Shown piece by piece: positions 1-9,437 of a stretch of DNA of 50,030 bases. Both the position numbers and the translations under genes were made by a program. The notes beneath the pieces were generated by a model. The model saw only the letters and a list, made by a program, of their open reading frames with translations, did no database searches and was not told where the DNA came from. This DNA is from Patescibacteria group bacterium. GTDB lineage: Bacteria; Patescibacteriota; JAUYIX01; JBHPHK01. Each line of letters starts with the position of its first letter. Position 1 is the first letter of the stretch. Location of the stretch: NCBI GenBank assembly GCA_042569365.1, contig JBHPHK010000006.1, positions 1 through 50,030 on the forward strand, given 5' to 3'.

Positions 1-891
1 CACACAAAAAGTAAAATCGAAGACAAGGTTGGTAAGAGGATAAAGGCAGAAAGGCTTAAAAAAGTAAAACTGCTAGCAAGTAAAGATAAAGACAGTAAGC
101 TTGCGCCGCCTCCAGAAAAGAAAGAGGAAACAGACAAGCCAGACGACAAGAAAATCACAAAAAATGAAGTCCAGCCAAGAATTCTTCGTAGAGCACGAAT
201 TATTTTTTGGAGTGCTATTGGTTTGATCGCAGTCCTGGGTCTTATTCCGGCAGCGTTAATCATTTGGCCGGAATATATCGACTTGGGAACTGACTTTTCA
301 CTAGTCAATGACGTGACTAACTCAGATGTAGAAGTCCTAGATGACAACGTAGAAATAGAAGATCTGACAACGAAAACAGAGTACAGTTTAATATCTGAAA
401 TGGTAGGAGACTTGGCAGCATTGCCGTTTGATTTTAGTCTTCCGTCAAGCTGGCATGTGTACGGTGACCTGGATATGTTGTTGCCAGGCAGTAAAGAGTA
501 CGGCACATTTTTACAAGTAGATGCACGTCCGATATTAAGTGGCAGTACACAGAATGCAATTCTGCAGGGGATAAGCTTTGCGAACGGCACCGCTGTTGAT
601 ACAGCGGACTCACGTGAGCAGGATCTAAAGGTGGACCCGGACATTTCTGGAGTTAAACGTTCAGCTGTCTCTTTAGGCGGCATTAACGCTGTGCGTATCA
701 GCTATACGATTGTTCCGGCAGAGACAGGACTGAACGAATCATACTTTGAGTATTATTTAGACGACACCGGCCATAACTTATCATACTATTTCGTGATTCA
801 AACAGAGGGTACGCCATACTTCAAGCCCTTCAGTAAGAATCTAGAATTTGCATCACTTTTTGAAGAAAATTTCGAGATAAGCCTTAAATAG
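1..891 (+). CDS. 5'-truncated single-pass membrane protein of unknown function (Lys-rich N-terminus, one TM helix, acidic external domain)
   Basis: Frame is open from base 1 to the TAG at 891, so the ORF track start at 223 is internal. Hydrophobic segment IIFWSAIGLIAVLGLIPAALIIW. Confidence 0.7.
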   Translation, partial: HTKSKIEDKVGKRIKAERLKKVKLLASKDKDSKLAPPPEKKEETDKPDDKKITKNEVQPRILRRARIIFWSAIGLIAVLGLIPAALIIWPEYIDLGTDFSLVNDVTNSDVEVLDDNVEIEDLTTKTEYSLISEMVGDLAALPFDFSLPSSWHVYGDLDMLLPGSKEYGTFLQVDARPILSGSTQNAILQGISFANGTAVDTADSREQDLKVDPDISGVKRSAVSLGGINAVRISYTIVPAETGLNESYFEYYLDDTGHNLSYYFVIQTEGTPYFKPFSKNLEFASLFEENFEISLK

Positions 892-915
892 AAAGATTGT
901 TTGTTTGTCCACAAC

Positions 916-944
916 TTGATTTTGCGGTGGTTTTAAGGTATATT
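916..944 (+). promoter_or_regulatory. Putative sigma70 promoter of ftsA
   Basis: TTGATT-17 bp-TATATT. Confidence 0.5.
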
Positions 945-1020
945 TATGTTAAGAAGTGCGAGAGACTAAAGTTTTCGCATTTATGAATTTAAGAGCATTA
1001 ATTATTAATTCTCCCTTCTT

Positions 1021-2268
1021 ATGGCAAACAGGGAGCAGATTGTTACAGGTTTAGATATTGGTTCTACGCATATACGTGTTGTAGTAGGGCAAATTAATCC
1101 GGAGAATCAAACTCCGAAGATTATTGGCGTTGGCCAGGCGGAAGCAACGGGCATTCGCAAGGGCGTCTTGATAGATGTCGAAGAGGTGGTGAGCTCAATG
1201 TCGGCAGCACTAGAGCAGGCAGAACGAATGGCGGGCGTCCCTATCGAGCACGCGGTTGTTTCAATTGGAGACGAGCATGTGTCTTCTGAGATTACTCACG
1301 GTGTGATCGCAATTTCTAAGACAGATGGCGAGGTTACAGAAGACGACGTCTCGCGTGCGATAGAAGCGGCGCAGACTGTGACCGTACCAGCCAATAAAGA
1401 AATTTTGCATATTATCCCAAAGACTTTTACGGTCGATGATCAGAAAGGCATCAAGGATCCTGTGGGCATGATTGGCGTGCGTCTTGAAGTAGAGGCGCTG
1501 ATTATCTATGGCATGTCGGCGATGATCAAAAATATTTCAAAAGCAATATACCGCACCGGTGTAGAGATTGATGACTTAGTTTTATCGCCCTTGGCCGCTG
1601 CAACTTCGGTAGTTTCTAAAAGACAGAAAGAATTAGGGATAGCGGTTATCGATATTGGCGGCGGCACGACCGGTCTGGCTGTTTTTGAAGAGGGAGACTT
1701 ACTGCATACTGCACTTTTGCCGATAGGTTCTATGAATATTTCAAATGATTTGGCTATCGGACTTCGAACCTCAGTTGATGTCGCCGAAAAAGTAAAAGTT
1801 GAGTATGGTTATGCGTTTTCCGATGAAGTTGATAAGAGCGAAGAGATAGATTTACAAAAAATAGATACTCAAGAGGAGGGAACTGTCAGTAAGCATGATG
1901 TCGCGATGATCATTGAGTCGCGTGTTGAAGAGATCTTCGAACATGTCGATGCGGAGCTTCGAAAAGTGGAGCGCAGCGCTAAATTACCAGCTGGAATCCT
2001 TCTGGTGGGCGGGGGAGCTAAGCTGCCGGGCATCGTCGATGTGGCTAAGCAGAAATTGAAGTTGTCAGCCCAAGTGGCGTTCCCAACACAGTTCCCAATT
2101 ACGGTCGATAAGGTAGATGACCCTAGTTTTGCTACAGCACTTGGACTCATATTGTGGGAAATAGAGAGTCAAAAAGTAGGCGGAAAAAAACTAAAATCAA
2201 GCTTTAAGGTTATGCCAAAGGATCTTCCTGATAAGATGAAAAAGATCTTCAAGTCATTCATGCCATAA
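1021..2268 (+). CDS. ftsA: Cell division protein FtsA
   Basis: GLDIGS and DIGGGTT actin-fold motifs, VGGGAKL, C-terminal amphipathic helix (KKIFKSFMP); lies upstream of ftsZ. Confidence 0.97.
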   Translation: MANREQIVTGLDIGSTHIRVVVGQINPENQTPKIIGVGQAEATGIRKGVLIDVEEVVSSMSAALEQAERMAGVPIEHAVVSIGDEHVSSEITHGVIAISKTDGEVTEDDVSRAIEAAQTVTVPANKEILHIIPKTFTVDDQKGIKDPVGMIGVRLEVEALIIYGMSAMIKNISKAIYRTGVEIDDLVLSPLAAATSVVSKRQKELGIAVIDIGGGTTGLAVFEEGDLLHTALLPIGSMNISNDLAIGLRTSVDVAEKVKVEYGYAFSDEVDKSEEIDLQKIDTQEEGTVSKHDVAMIIESRVEEIFEHVDAELRKVERSAKLPAGILLVGGGAKLPGIVDVAKQKLKLSAQVAFPTQFPITVDKVDDPSFATALGLILWEIESQKVGGKKLKSSFKVMPKDLPDKMKKIFKSFMP

Positions 2269-2293
2269 TATATGGGCTAGATCGTGTCCGATT

Positions 2294-2325
2294 GGACTTA
2301 TTGGCAAATAAGTCCTTTTTATTTT
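2294..2325 (+). terminator. Intrinsic terminator after ftsA
   Basis: GGACTTATT-GGCA-AATAAGTCC stem followed by TTTTTATTTT. Confidence 0.65.
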
Positions 2326-2353
2326 ATGAACACTATAATGTTTCAAGAAGGGT

Positions 2354-2382
2354 TTGTTATTGAACACAATATTTTCTATACT
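2354..2382 (+). promoter_or_regulatory. Putative sigma70 promoter of ftsZ
   Basis: TTGTTA-17 bp-TATACT. Confidence 0.45.
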
Positions 2383-2465
2383 TAACAACGGTTATAATTT
2401 TTTATGATCGTAAGTTTAACTTCCCTGCAGTATAAAGTTTTATTTATCTATCTAATATTTTTAAA

Positions 2466-3671
2466 ATGCAAGTACAACCAGAGATCGAATCATTTGCCAA
2501 AATTAAAGTCATTGGCGTTGGCGGCTCCGGAGGAGCTGCTGTTAATCGTATGCAGGAGGTTGGCGTTAAAGGCGTCGAGTTTATTGCGATTAATACTGAT
2601 GCGCAGGCACTCCATCACAACAATGCCGACCAAAAGATCCACATTGGTAAGACGCTGACGCGCGGACTTGGCGCAGGTATGAACCCTGACGTCGGAAAAG
2701 CGGCTGCCGAAGAGAATCAAGATGAAATCATCGATGCCATCAAAGGTGCTGACATGGTTTTCCTAACTTGTGGTCTTGGTGGTGGTACCGGTAGTGGTGC
2801 AACTCCAATTATTGCTGACCTTGCCCGCGAGCACGGAGCTTTGACAGTTGCCTTCGTTACCAAGCCTTTCGATTTTGAAGGAGCACAACGAAGACAGATC
2901 GCACTTAGCTCATTTGACGAGCTAGTCGGTCGCGTAGACACACTCTTGTCTATTCCAAACGACCGAATTTTCCAGATTATAGATAAAAAGACTTCAATGA
3001 TTGAAGCCTTTGGTGCCGTCGATGACGTCATGCGCCAAGGTGTCCAGGGTATCGCAGAATTAATCACTGCACCTGGCTTAGTCAATGTTGACTTCGCAGA
3101 CGTTAAGGCTGTTATGAAAGATGCCGGTTCTGCCTTGATGGGTATCGGTACTTCAACAGGTGAAGAACGTGCTGCGGCTGCTGCTAAGCAAGCCATTGAA
3201 AGTCCATTGCTCGAGCTTTCGATCAATGGAGCCAAAGGCATCTTGTTCAATGTTGTTTCTGGTCCAGACCTCGGTATGTATGAGATCGACCAAGCCGCTA
3301 AAGTTATTACTGAATCAGCTGATGCGAACGCTAAAGTCATCTTCGGTGCTACAATTGATGAGTCAATGGGCGAAGAGATGCGCATCACAGTTGTGGCCAC
3401 AGGTTTTGAAGGATCAGGCAACGCAACTACTAACTCAGTATCTTCCTTCATGAGTTCTCCAACTGAAAAAAGCTCTCCAGTAACTATTGGTAGCTCTGCT
3501 CCAAAAACTATGCAACGGGGCTCAGTTAATTTGGGAGGACAGCCAAAGCCAGAAGTCTTGAAGACTAATGAAGTTATTGCAGACGATGTGCCGGAAGTTG
3601 CCGAGCCAAAGCAAGAAAGCGATGAGCTCGACATCCCAGCATTCATTCGTCGTAAGATGAAACAAAAATAA
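2466..3671 (+). CDS. ftsZ: Cell division protein FtsZ
   Basis: GLGGGTGSG tubulin signature, NVDFAD T7 loop, C-terminal DELDIPAFIR peptide. Confidence 0.98.
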   Translation: MQVQPEIESFAKIKVIGVGGSGGAAVNRMQEVGVKGVEFIAINTDAQALHHNNADQKIHIGKTLTRGLGAGMNPDVGKAAAEENQDEIIDAIKGADMVFLTCGLGGGTGSGATPIIADLAREHGALTVAFVTKPFDFEGAQRRQIALSSFDELVGRVDTLLSIPNDRIFQIIDKKTSMIEAFGAVDDVMRQGVQGIAELITAPGLVNVDFADVKAVMKDAGSALMGIGTSTGEERAAAAAKQAIESPLLELSINGAKGILFNVVSGPDLGMYEIDQAAKVITESADANAKVIFGATIDESMGEEMRITVVATGFEGSGNATTNSVSSFMSSPTEKSSPVTIGSSAPKTMQRGSVNLGGQPKPEVLKTNEVIADDVPEVAEPKQESDELDIPAFIRRKMKQK

Positions 3672-3692
3672 CTTTAACTTTTAATTTGAGGG

Positions 3693-3738
3693 GGAATGCA
3701 CCGTTAGTCGAGATTGGATGACCCGGTGCATTTCTTTT
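3693..3738 (+). terminator. Hairpin/terminator after ftsZ
   Basis: GAATGCACCG...CGGTGCATTT stem followed by a T-rich run. Confidence 0.55.
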
Positions 3739-3813
3739 CCTGCTTTCTTCGCCATAAGACTGCTGTGAAAATCCTCTAGACACTCCTTTTCTAATATGGC
3801 ATTCTAAATAACT

Positions 3814-4353
3814 ATGCGTTGTCCATCCTGCCAATCAGCTGAAACGCGCGTGCTAGACTCGCGCGCCCTTGAAAAAGCGGTTTTAATCCGTCGTAGACGC
3901 GAATGCGCCGATTGCGGTTTTCGTTTTACTACTCATGAACAGCTGGAAGTTTTGGATCTAACTGTAGTGAAGAAAAGTGGCTTACCGGAGTCATATAGTC
4001 GCGACAAGCTCTTGACCGGCATCCGGACTGCCTGCGAGAAAAGGCCTGTCACCGAAGACGACCTTATGCGCCTGCTTGCCGAGATTGACCGTGAGCTTCT
4101 CCGTCTGGCAGACCAAAACCGTTCTGACTCAGAAGCACCTCTCGAGATCTCATCGCAAGTTATTGGCGAGGTTGTCCTGAAATATCTCCAAAGCTTTGAT
4201 GCTGTTGCATTTGTGAGATTTGCTTCAGTCTATCGAGCCTATGACGACGTTGATAGTTTTGTCGAAGAGGTCAAAAGTATTTCCAACAACAAGAACAATG
4301 TTTCAGCAGAAAAAGAACAGACTGAAATGTCAGCTAAGCCAGAAAACATCTAA
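3814..4353 (+). CDS. nrdR: Transcriptional repressor NrdR
   Basis: MRCPSC..RRRRECADC..RFTTHE Zn ribbon, ATP-cone, VAFVRFASVYR. Confidence 0.96.
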   Translation: MRCPSCQSAETRVLDSRALEKAVLIRRRRECADCGFRFTTHEQLEVLDLTVVKKSGLPESYSRDKLLTGIRTACEKRPVTEDDLMRLLAEIDRELLRLADQNRSDSEAPLEISSQVIGEVVLKYLQSFDAVAFVRFASVYRAYDDVDSFVEEVKSISNNKNNVSAEKEQTEMSAKPENI

Positions 4354-4365
4354 ACATCTCCAACT

Positions 4366-4941
4366 ATGATTTTATCTGACCAGGACATCCAGAAAGAAAT
4401 AGAAGCCGGACATATTAGTTTTGATCCGATGCCAGACTTTGAAACTCAGCTCCAGCCAGCTTCGATGGATATGCGCTTGGGCAACGAGTTCCGCGTATTC
4501 AATCACTCGCGTACTCCCTATATTGATCTGCAAAGGCCAGAAACATTCGAAAATCTTACACAAGCAACGTTTAGAGATGAGGGCGAACCATTTGTTATCC
4601 ATCCGCATGAATTTGTCCTAGGAATCGTAAAAGAATCACTCACTTTGCCAGATGATATTGCGGTTCGTATTGATGGTCGCTCATCGCTTGGGCGTCTTGG
4701 AATTATCGTACACTCCACTGCAGGAAATATCAGTCCTGGCTTTTCGGGTCAGATTACCCTCGAGATTACGAACATCGGCATGATGCCCGTACTACTTTAC
4801 CCTGATATGCGCGTTTGTCAGTATGTGTTCCATCGTCTGGAAAATCCTTCGATGATTTCATATCGCGAACGCAAAGATGCTAAGTACAACTACCAGACTT
4901 CGCCAGGCGAAAGCAAGATTACAGAGGAGATAAAAAAATAG
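4366..4941 (+). CDS. dcd: dCTP deaminase
   Basis: MILSD, QPASMDMRLG, GRSSLGRLG, PGFSGQITLE motifs. Confidence 0.95.
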   Translation: MILSDQDIQKEIEAGHISFDPMPDFETQLQPASMDMRLGNEFRVFNHSRTPYIDLQRPETFENLTQATFRDEGEPFVIHPHEFVLGIVKESLTLPDDIAVRIDGRSSLGRLGIIVHSTAGNISPGFSGQITLEITNIGMMPVLLYPDMRVCQYVFHRLENPSMISYRERKDAKYNYQTSPGESKITEEIKK

Positions 4942-4943
4942 TT

Positions 4944-5219
4944 ATGGAGAAATATTGCCTGCTAGTTCAGGTTACACCGGGCTCGCGAGAGAGCAGGGTT
5001 TTTAGTTATTGTCCTGAAGAAAACTTACTGCGCGTAAAACTAAAAGCGCGTCCCGAAAAAGGCGCTGCCAATAGAGAACTTATAGAGGTAATGAGTAAAA
5101 CTTTTAATATTCCGAAAGCACAGATCGGCATTCGTGTTGGTCACAAGACTAAGCGCAAGCTCGTTTGTTTTGAGAGGGTTTCTGTGGCAGATATTCAAGG
5201 GCAGCTGGCGAAAATTTAA
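4944..5219 (+). CDS. DUF167 (YggU/UPF0235) family protein
   Basis: VTPGSR, LKARPEKGAANRELIE and GHKTKRK resemble the DUF167 consensus. Confidence 0.85.
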   Translation: MEKYCLLVQVTPGSRESRVFSYCPEENLLRVKLKARPEKGAANRELIEVMSKTFNIPKAQIGIRVGHKTKRKLVCFERVSVADIQGQLAKI

Positions 5220-5254
5220 TATTTTTTTAATGTTGCTCCCGGTATTGTAGGGGA

Positions 5255-6730
5255 GTGTCATTTTTTAATCTCAAAATCACCAAAGGGAAAATAGGCTGGT
5301 GGCTCTTGGTCGGGCTTCTGGGAGGTCTTTTGTGTTGGCAGATTGGATCGATTTATATGGTCTATGGTTTTATTTTGGTGGTTAGTATTTTGACGTTTTG
5401 GCGCTATGGTTTGAAAGGATTTGCTTTATTGATGATTTTTGTGGCGGCGATGGGTATAGGATATCTGCGGACGATACCGCTAATCCCGAAATATAACCCG
5501 GATCATATTGCGCATCAGATCGGTCGCGGGGAGCAGTTTTACGAAATCGAAGTGAAGGGGACGGTGCAGACTAGCGTTACAGATGTAGCAAGTTTTAGTG
5601 GTCGTGTCTCGCAAAACGGTCGAGAGTTTTATGGTGATGTCTGGATGACTGGTCGTTTTTCAGGAAAACTTTTGCATGGCGATGTCATTAGCGTTATTGG
5701 TCCACTGGAAAGATCTCTCTACTATAAAAATTATCCGGCCGCGATGAGTTTTCCTGATTTGCAAGGAATTGAAGCGGGGGAATTTTCAATCACGCGCACT
5801 CTGCTCAGCTGGCGCCGAAATTTTATCGAACGGATCAATGCGCGCATCGGCGAACCTTGCGCGGCGCTGCTCTCTGGGATTTTAGTGGGCAACAAGAGTG
5901 GCTATACAAAAGAAATCAAGCAGGCTTTAAGTCAGGTAGGCTTGGCGCACATTGTGGTTGTATCAGGGATGCATCTTCTGATCGTGGTTGCGGCTCTGCA
6001 GAAGAGCCTCAGCAAACTGCTGGCGCACAAAAAAGCGACGATTATTTTGATGTTAAGTATTTTGCTTTTCGTAGTCTTCACAGGAGCGGCACCTTCTACG
6101 ATCCGCGCCGGGTTTATGGCGGCCCTGGTGATACTGTTGCCCTTATTCGCGCGTGGTAAAAATCCAGCACGCGTACTCCTGGTCACGGCCATACTAGCTT
6201 TCCTTTGGGATCCGACTCTGCAAAGCAATCTTGGTTTCCAGTTGTCCTTTGCGGCGACTGCTGGGATTTTATTTACACGGCACTATTGGGAAAGCATATT
6301 GTCTTTCCTGCCGAGCTTTGGGCAGATCAGAACTGTTGCGGCACTCACATGCGCCGCTCAAGTCGCCGTGGCGCCGCTCTTGTTTGTCTATTTTGAAAAC
6401 CTGGCCTGGATCGCGCCGCTTATCAATGTGATAGTTGCACCTCTGCTGCCGTATATAATGTTGAGTGGTCTTTTACTAGTTATTGTGCCGGGATTTCTGG
6501 CAAATACAATGCAGCTCACTGCGTTGCTAGTCAGCTGGCCGATCATAAAGATTGCCGACATGAGCGACCGTATCTTTGGCTGGAGTTTTACCATGAAAAT
6601 ATCAACGGCACTGATCATTTATCTCGTAATGATCGGAATATATTATCTGATGATCAAAATCCCGCTCTGGAAATGGCGTCGAGAAAGGAAAACTCAATCA
6701 ATAACCCATAAACCATGTCTCGTTTCCTAA
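5255..6730 (+). CDS. comEC: ComEC/Rec2 competence membrane channel (Competence domain, no fused MBL domain)
   Basis: GLAHIVVVSGMH, GAAPSTIRAGFM and GFQLSFAAT motifs; many TM helices; GTG start uncertain. Confidence 0.9.
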   Translation: MSFFNLKITKGKIGWWLLVGLLGGLLCWQIGSIYMVYGFILVVSILTFWRYGLKGFALLMIFVAAMGIGYLRTIPLIPKYNPDHIAHQIGRGEQFYEIEVKGTVQTSVTDVASFSGRVSQNGREFYGDVWMTGRFSGKLLHGDVISVIGPLERSLYYKNYPAAMSFPDLQGIEAGEFSITRTLLSWRRNFIERINARIGEPCAALLSGILVGNKSGYTKEIKQALSQVGLAHIVVVSGMHLLIVVAALQKSLSKLLAHKKATIILMLSILLFVVFTGAAPSTIRAGFMAALVILLPLFARGKNPARVLLVTAILAFLWDPTLQSNLGFQLSFAATAGILFTRHYWESILSFLPSFGQIRTVAALTCAAQVAVAPLLFVYFENLAWIAPLINVIVAPLLPYIMLSGLLLVIVPGFLANTMQLTALLVSWPIIKIADMSDRIFGWSFTMKISTALIIYLVMIGIYYLMIKIPLWKWRRERKTQSITHKPCLVS

Positions 6731-7539
6731 AAATACTCCTGATCATGACGGCACTTGCTGCAGGTGGCGCGGTACTGCTTTATTTGGCGCGGACTAATCA
6801 CATGGCGTATCTAAACTTTTGTGATGTAGGCCAGGGTGATGCGATTCATATCCGGATACCGCCAGATAAAGATTTCATAGTCGATACTGGTCCTGACCAA
6901 AGTGTCGTTAAGTGTCTCAGTAAAACTATGCCGCTCTGGGATCGCACGGTCGAGCATCTAGCAATAACGCATTTTGATGCTGACCATAGTGAGGGAGTCA
7001 AAACGATCATGCAGCGTTATGATGTAAAAAATTTTTATGCCTCCCAGGAAATTCCAGAAGCGATACAAAGAATCCTAAAGCCTGATACTAAAATAATAGA
7101 CTGGCGTGCCGGCCAAAAATTAATCATTGACCAGCTCGAACTAACCGCGCAGTGGCCGCCGGCAGATTATGAAAACGAAGACGTTAATGCAGCGAGCCTG
7201 GTTTTACAGGGTAGATATGGTGGACACTCTTTCTTGCTGACTGGCGATCTGGCGATTGAGCAGGAAGAAATGATGATCGCAAGTCATTCACTCTGGCCGG
7301 CCGACATTCTCAAAGTCGGGCATCACGGCAGCAAGTCTTCGACAGGCGAAAATTTGCTCACGGCTCTCCGACCAGAAATCGCAATCATTTCAGTCGGCGA
7401 GAAAAACCGCTACGGCCATCCGGCTGAAGAGGCTTTAGAAAGACTGGAAAGTATCCGCGTCTTAAGGACCGATCTGGACGGAACGATTCAGTGCGATCTC
7501 AATGCTTCAGAGCTCTCCTGTTATCCGCTTGCTAATTAG
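6715..7539 (+). CDS. ComEC-type metallo-beta-lactamase-fold nuclease encoded as a separate protein
   Basis: DVGQGD, THFDADH, LLTGD, KVGHHGS, NRYGHP; N-terminal TM anchor; overlaps the comEC stop. Confidence 0.92.
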   Translation: MSRFLKILLIMTALAAGGAVLLYLARTNHMAYLNFCDVGQGDAIHIRIPPDKDFIVDTGPDQSVVKCLSKTMPLWDRTVEHLAITHFDADHSEGVKTIMQRYDVKNFYASQEIPEAIQRILKPDTKIIDWRAGQKLIIDQLELTAQWPPADYENEDVNAASLVLQGRYGGHSFLLTGDLAIEQEEMMIASHSLWPADILKVGHHGSKSSTGENLLTALRPEIAIISVGEKNRYGHPAEEALERLESIRVLRTDLDGTIQCDLNASELSCYPLAN

Positions 7540-7633
7540 CAAGAACTAAGGCATAATGATCGGCAAGAAGTTATTCTCGACTTGAGTTTGAACTTCTCTT
7601 TTTATAAGACATATCTAAATCTATATAATCAAC

Positions 7634-8113
7634 ATGGAACAAGAACGAACAGTTTTACTTATGAAGCCTGACGGCGTGCGCCGCGGTTTGATCGGCAATG
7701 TCTTGACGCGCCTTGAAAACAAGGGCTTGAAAGTCATTGGCCTTAAGATGATGACGGTCGAAGATGCTTTAGTACAGGAGCACTATGGTCATCATGCTGA
7801 TAAGCCATTTTTCAAAACACTAAAGGCTTATATCCAGAGCGCACCGATCGTGGCGGTATGTATTGAAGGCATTGAAGCCGTGAAAGTTGTTCGCGCATTA
7901 GCGGGGGATACCAGTGGTCGCAAAGCTGATATCGGTACTATTCGCGGAGATCTTTGTATGAGCGTTCAGACAAATATCGTGCACTCTTCCGGAAATCCTG
8001 AAGAGGCCGAGGTAGAGATTAAGCGATTTTTTAAAGATGACGAGCTCTTCGACTACAGCAAAGGTAACGAAAACTTGATTTACGCAGAGGACGAGAAGGA
8101 TTATCGGGATTAA
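7634..8113 (+). CDS. ndk: Nucleoside diphosphate kinase
   Basis: ERTVLLMKPDGV, GTIRGD, catalytic His in NIVHSS. Confidence 0.95.
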   Translation: MEQERTVLLMKPDGVRRGLIGNVLTRLENKGLKVIGLKMMTVEDALVQEHYGHHADKPFFKTLKAYIQSAPIVAVCIEGIEAVKVVRALAGDTSGRKADIGTIRGDLCMSVQTNIVHSSGNPEEAEVEIKRFFKDDELFDYSKGNENLIYAEDEKDYRD

Positions 8114-8125
8114 TAATTTTGACAG

Positions 8126-8175
8126 ACAAAAGAAAAAACCTCGCTTGATCAGGATTGATCAGAGCGAGGTTTTTT
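8126..8175. terminator. Bidirectional terminator between ndk and cassette A
   Basis: A-run, CCTCGCT..TGATCA..TGATCA..AGCGAGG, T-run. Confidence 0.75.
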
Positions 8176-8191
8176 GATGGTTTAAAAGAAG

Positions 8192-8662
8192 TTATTCCGG
8201 TGGTGCCTTTGTGTCGTTGAGCATTTCCCGGATTTCGGTCCACGTGCAGGGGCTGAACATGTTGATCGCGTCCTTCACAGTGTCGGAATCGTTCCCGAAA
8301 ATTGTTAGTGATTTGTTGATTTCCAGCGCAGAACTTGGCCAGTGCAATTTAGCGCGCCAAAGATCAGAGCCAGCTACCATAGTTATATCCGGCGTCAGGT
8401 AAACTATTCCGTCAAAAGCGCCGTAGCTCTCAAAGGTCAGGTGGCCGGAAGGTTTTCGCGTAATGATATCGACATATTCTCTTGAATGATTACGCGACAC
8501 TGAAGGTTCTGCCACAATGGTCCCGAGGTATTCTGGAAACTGGATGGCAGTAGCCGTGCTGGTATCGTCAGCTTCTTTGCTGCTGCAAGCCAAGCTTAGG
8601 CACAGCGCAACGGCAACGATCACAATGATCACAAAGAAGGGAGCATGCTTTCTTATGTTCAT
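8192..8662 (-). CDS. Orphan putative lipoprotein (cassette A)
   Basis: AGGAGG SD upstream of the ATG; signal peptide ending in an LSLAC lipobox-like motif; paralogous to 8828-9343. Confidence 0.8.
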   Translation of the reverse strand: MNIRKHAPFFVIIVIVAVALCLSLACSSKEADDTSTATAIQFPEYLGTIVAEPSVSRNHSREYVDIITRKPSGHLTFESYGAFDGIVYLTPDITMVAGSDLWRAKLHWPSSALEINKSLTIFGNDSDTVKDAINMFSPCTWTEIREMLNDTKAPPE

Positions 8663-8729
8663 GAGACACCTCCTGTCTCTTTTTAAGGTTCGATTTACCG
8701 TCCTTTAAAGACTTTCAGAACGAGGGTTT

Positions 8730-8758
8730 AGGATAGCGTAAAGTAGGCTTACTGTCAA
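8730..8758 (-). promoter_or_regulatory. sigma70 promoter of cassette A
   Basis: TTGACA-17 bp-TATCCT on the minus strand. Confidence 0.7.
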
Positions 8759-8771
8759 GTCACTCTGCTGT

Positions 8772-8809
8772 ACAAAAGAAAAAGCCCCACTCATGCGAGC
8801 GGGGCTTTT
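8772..8809 (-). terminator. Terminator of cassette B
   Basis: GCCCCGCTC-GCAT-GAGTGGGGC then TTTTTCTTTTGT (minus strand). Confidence 0.75.
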
Positions 8810-8827
8810 GAATTTTCATAGGTTTTG

Positions 8828-9343
8828 TCACGGTGACGCGCCATCGAGCAGTCTTCGCACTTCGTCCCAGGGCAGGCAGAGCAGCTCGTTTACTTTTTCA
8901 TTAACGCTTGTGCGACTGGCGCCGATGATAGTAAGGTCTGTGTTGGCGTGCCGTTCAACGTTCGTATACCACTGAAGACGTGCGCGCCAGATCGGAGAAC
9001 CAATTGCAAATTCAGCATTCGACGCAACACAAAGAGTTGACAGATTCGAGATGGGGTAGCTCTCGATTTCCACTTTCCCTGTTGATGTTTGAAAGCAAAG
9101 CAAGAGCTCATTTTCACTTTCGGCTACCGGCGCTGCCAGAAGGGTTCCTGCATATTCCGTGAAGACAAGTATTGTTGCGTTCGGCGGAGATGATGGTTGC
9201 AGTATTGCAACTTCCCCAGCTTCGGTGAGGGGCGCTGCTTCGACTGGATGTGCTGTAAGAATGTCCACTCCTGGGAAAATCAAGCAAATCACCAATACCA
9301 AGAAAATGAAACATCCAATTATGAATTTTGGATTTTTAAACAC
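8828..9343 (-). CDS. Orphan N-terminally anchored or secreted protein (cassette B)
   Basis: AAGGAGGT SD before the GTG; hydrophobic N-terminus; shares EYxGT, ESY, GSxxWRAxLxW, LTIxG and WxExRxxL with cassette A. Confidence 0.8.
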   Translation of the reverse strand: MFKNPKFIIGCFIFLVLVICLIFPGVDILTAHPVEAAPLTEAGEVAILQPSSPPNATILVFTEYAGTLLAAPVAESENELLLCFQTSTGKVEIESYPISNLSTLCVASNAEFAIGSPIWRARLQWYTNVERHANTDLTIIGASRTSVNEKVNELLCLPWDEVRRLLDGASP

Positions 9344-9407
9344 GAAAGACCTCCTTGTATGTCTGTTTTTGATAAAGTTCGAACTGCTCTGAATTGAACA
9401 GTACGCT

Positions 9408-9437
9408 ATTCTAACACTATGGCGCTGTTCTCGTCAA
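9408..9437 (-). promoter_or_regulatory. sigma70 promoter of cassette B
   Basis: TTGACG-18 bp-TAGAAT with a TGn extended -10 (minus strand). Confidence 0.65.

Noticed and set aside
2325-2380. NrdR-box-like sequences (AACACTATAATGTT, ACACAATATTTT)
   Set aside because: Poor match to the palindromic consensus and located before ftsZ, not a nucleotide gene.
2717-3646. 309-aa antisense ORF in ftsZ, and similar shadows in fusA, tuf, map, pgk and recJ
   Set aside because: Antisense shadows of conserved genes caused by codon bias; no motifs or expression signals.
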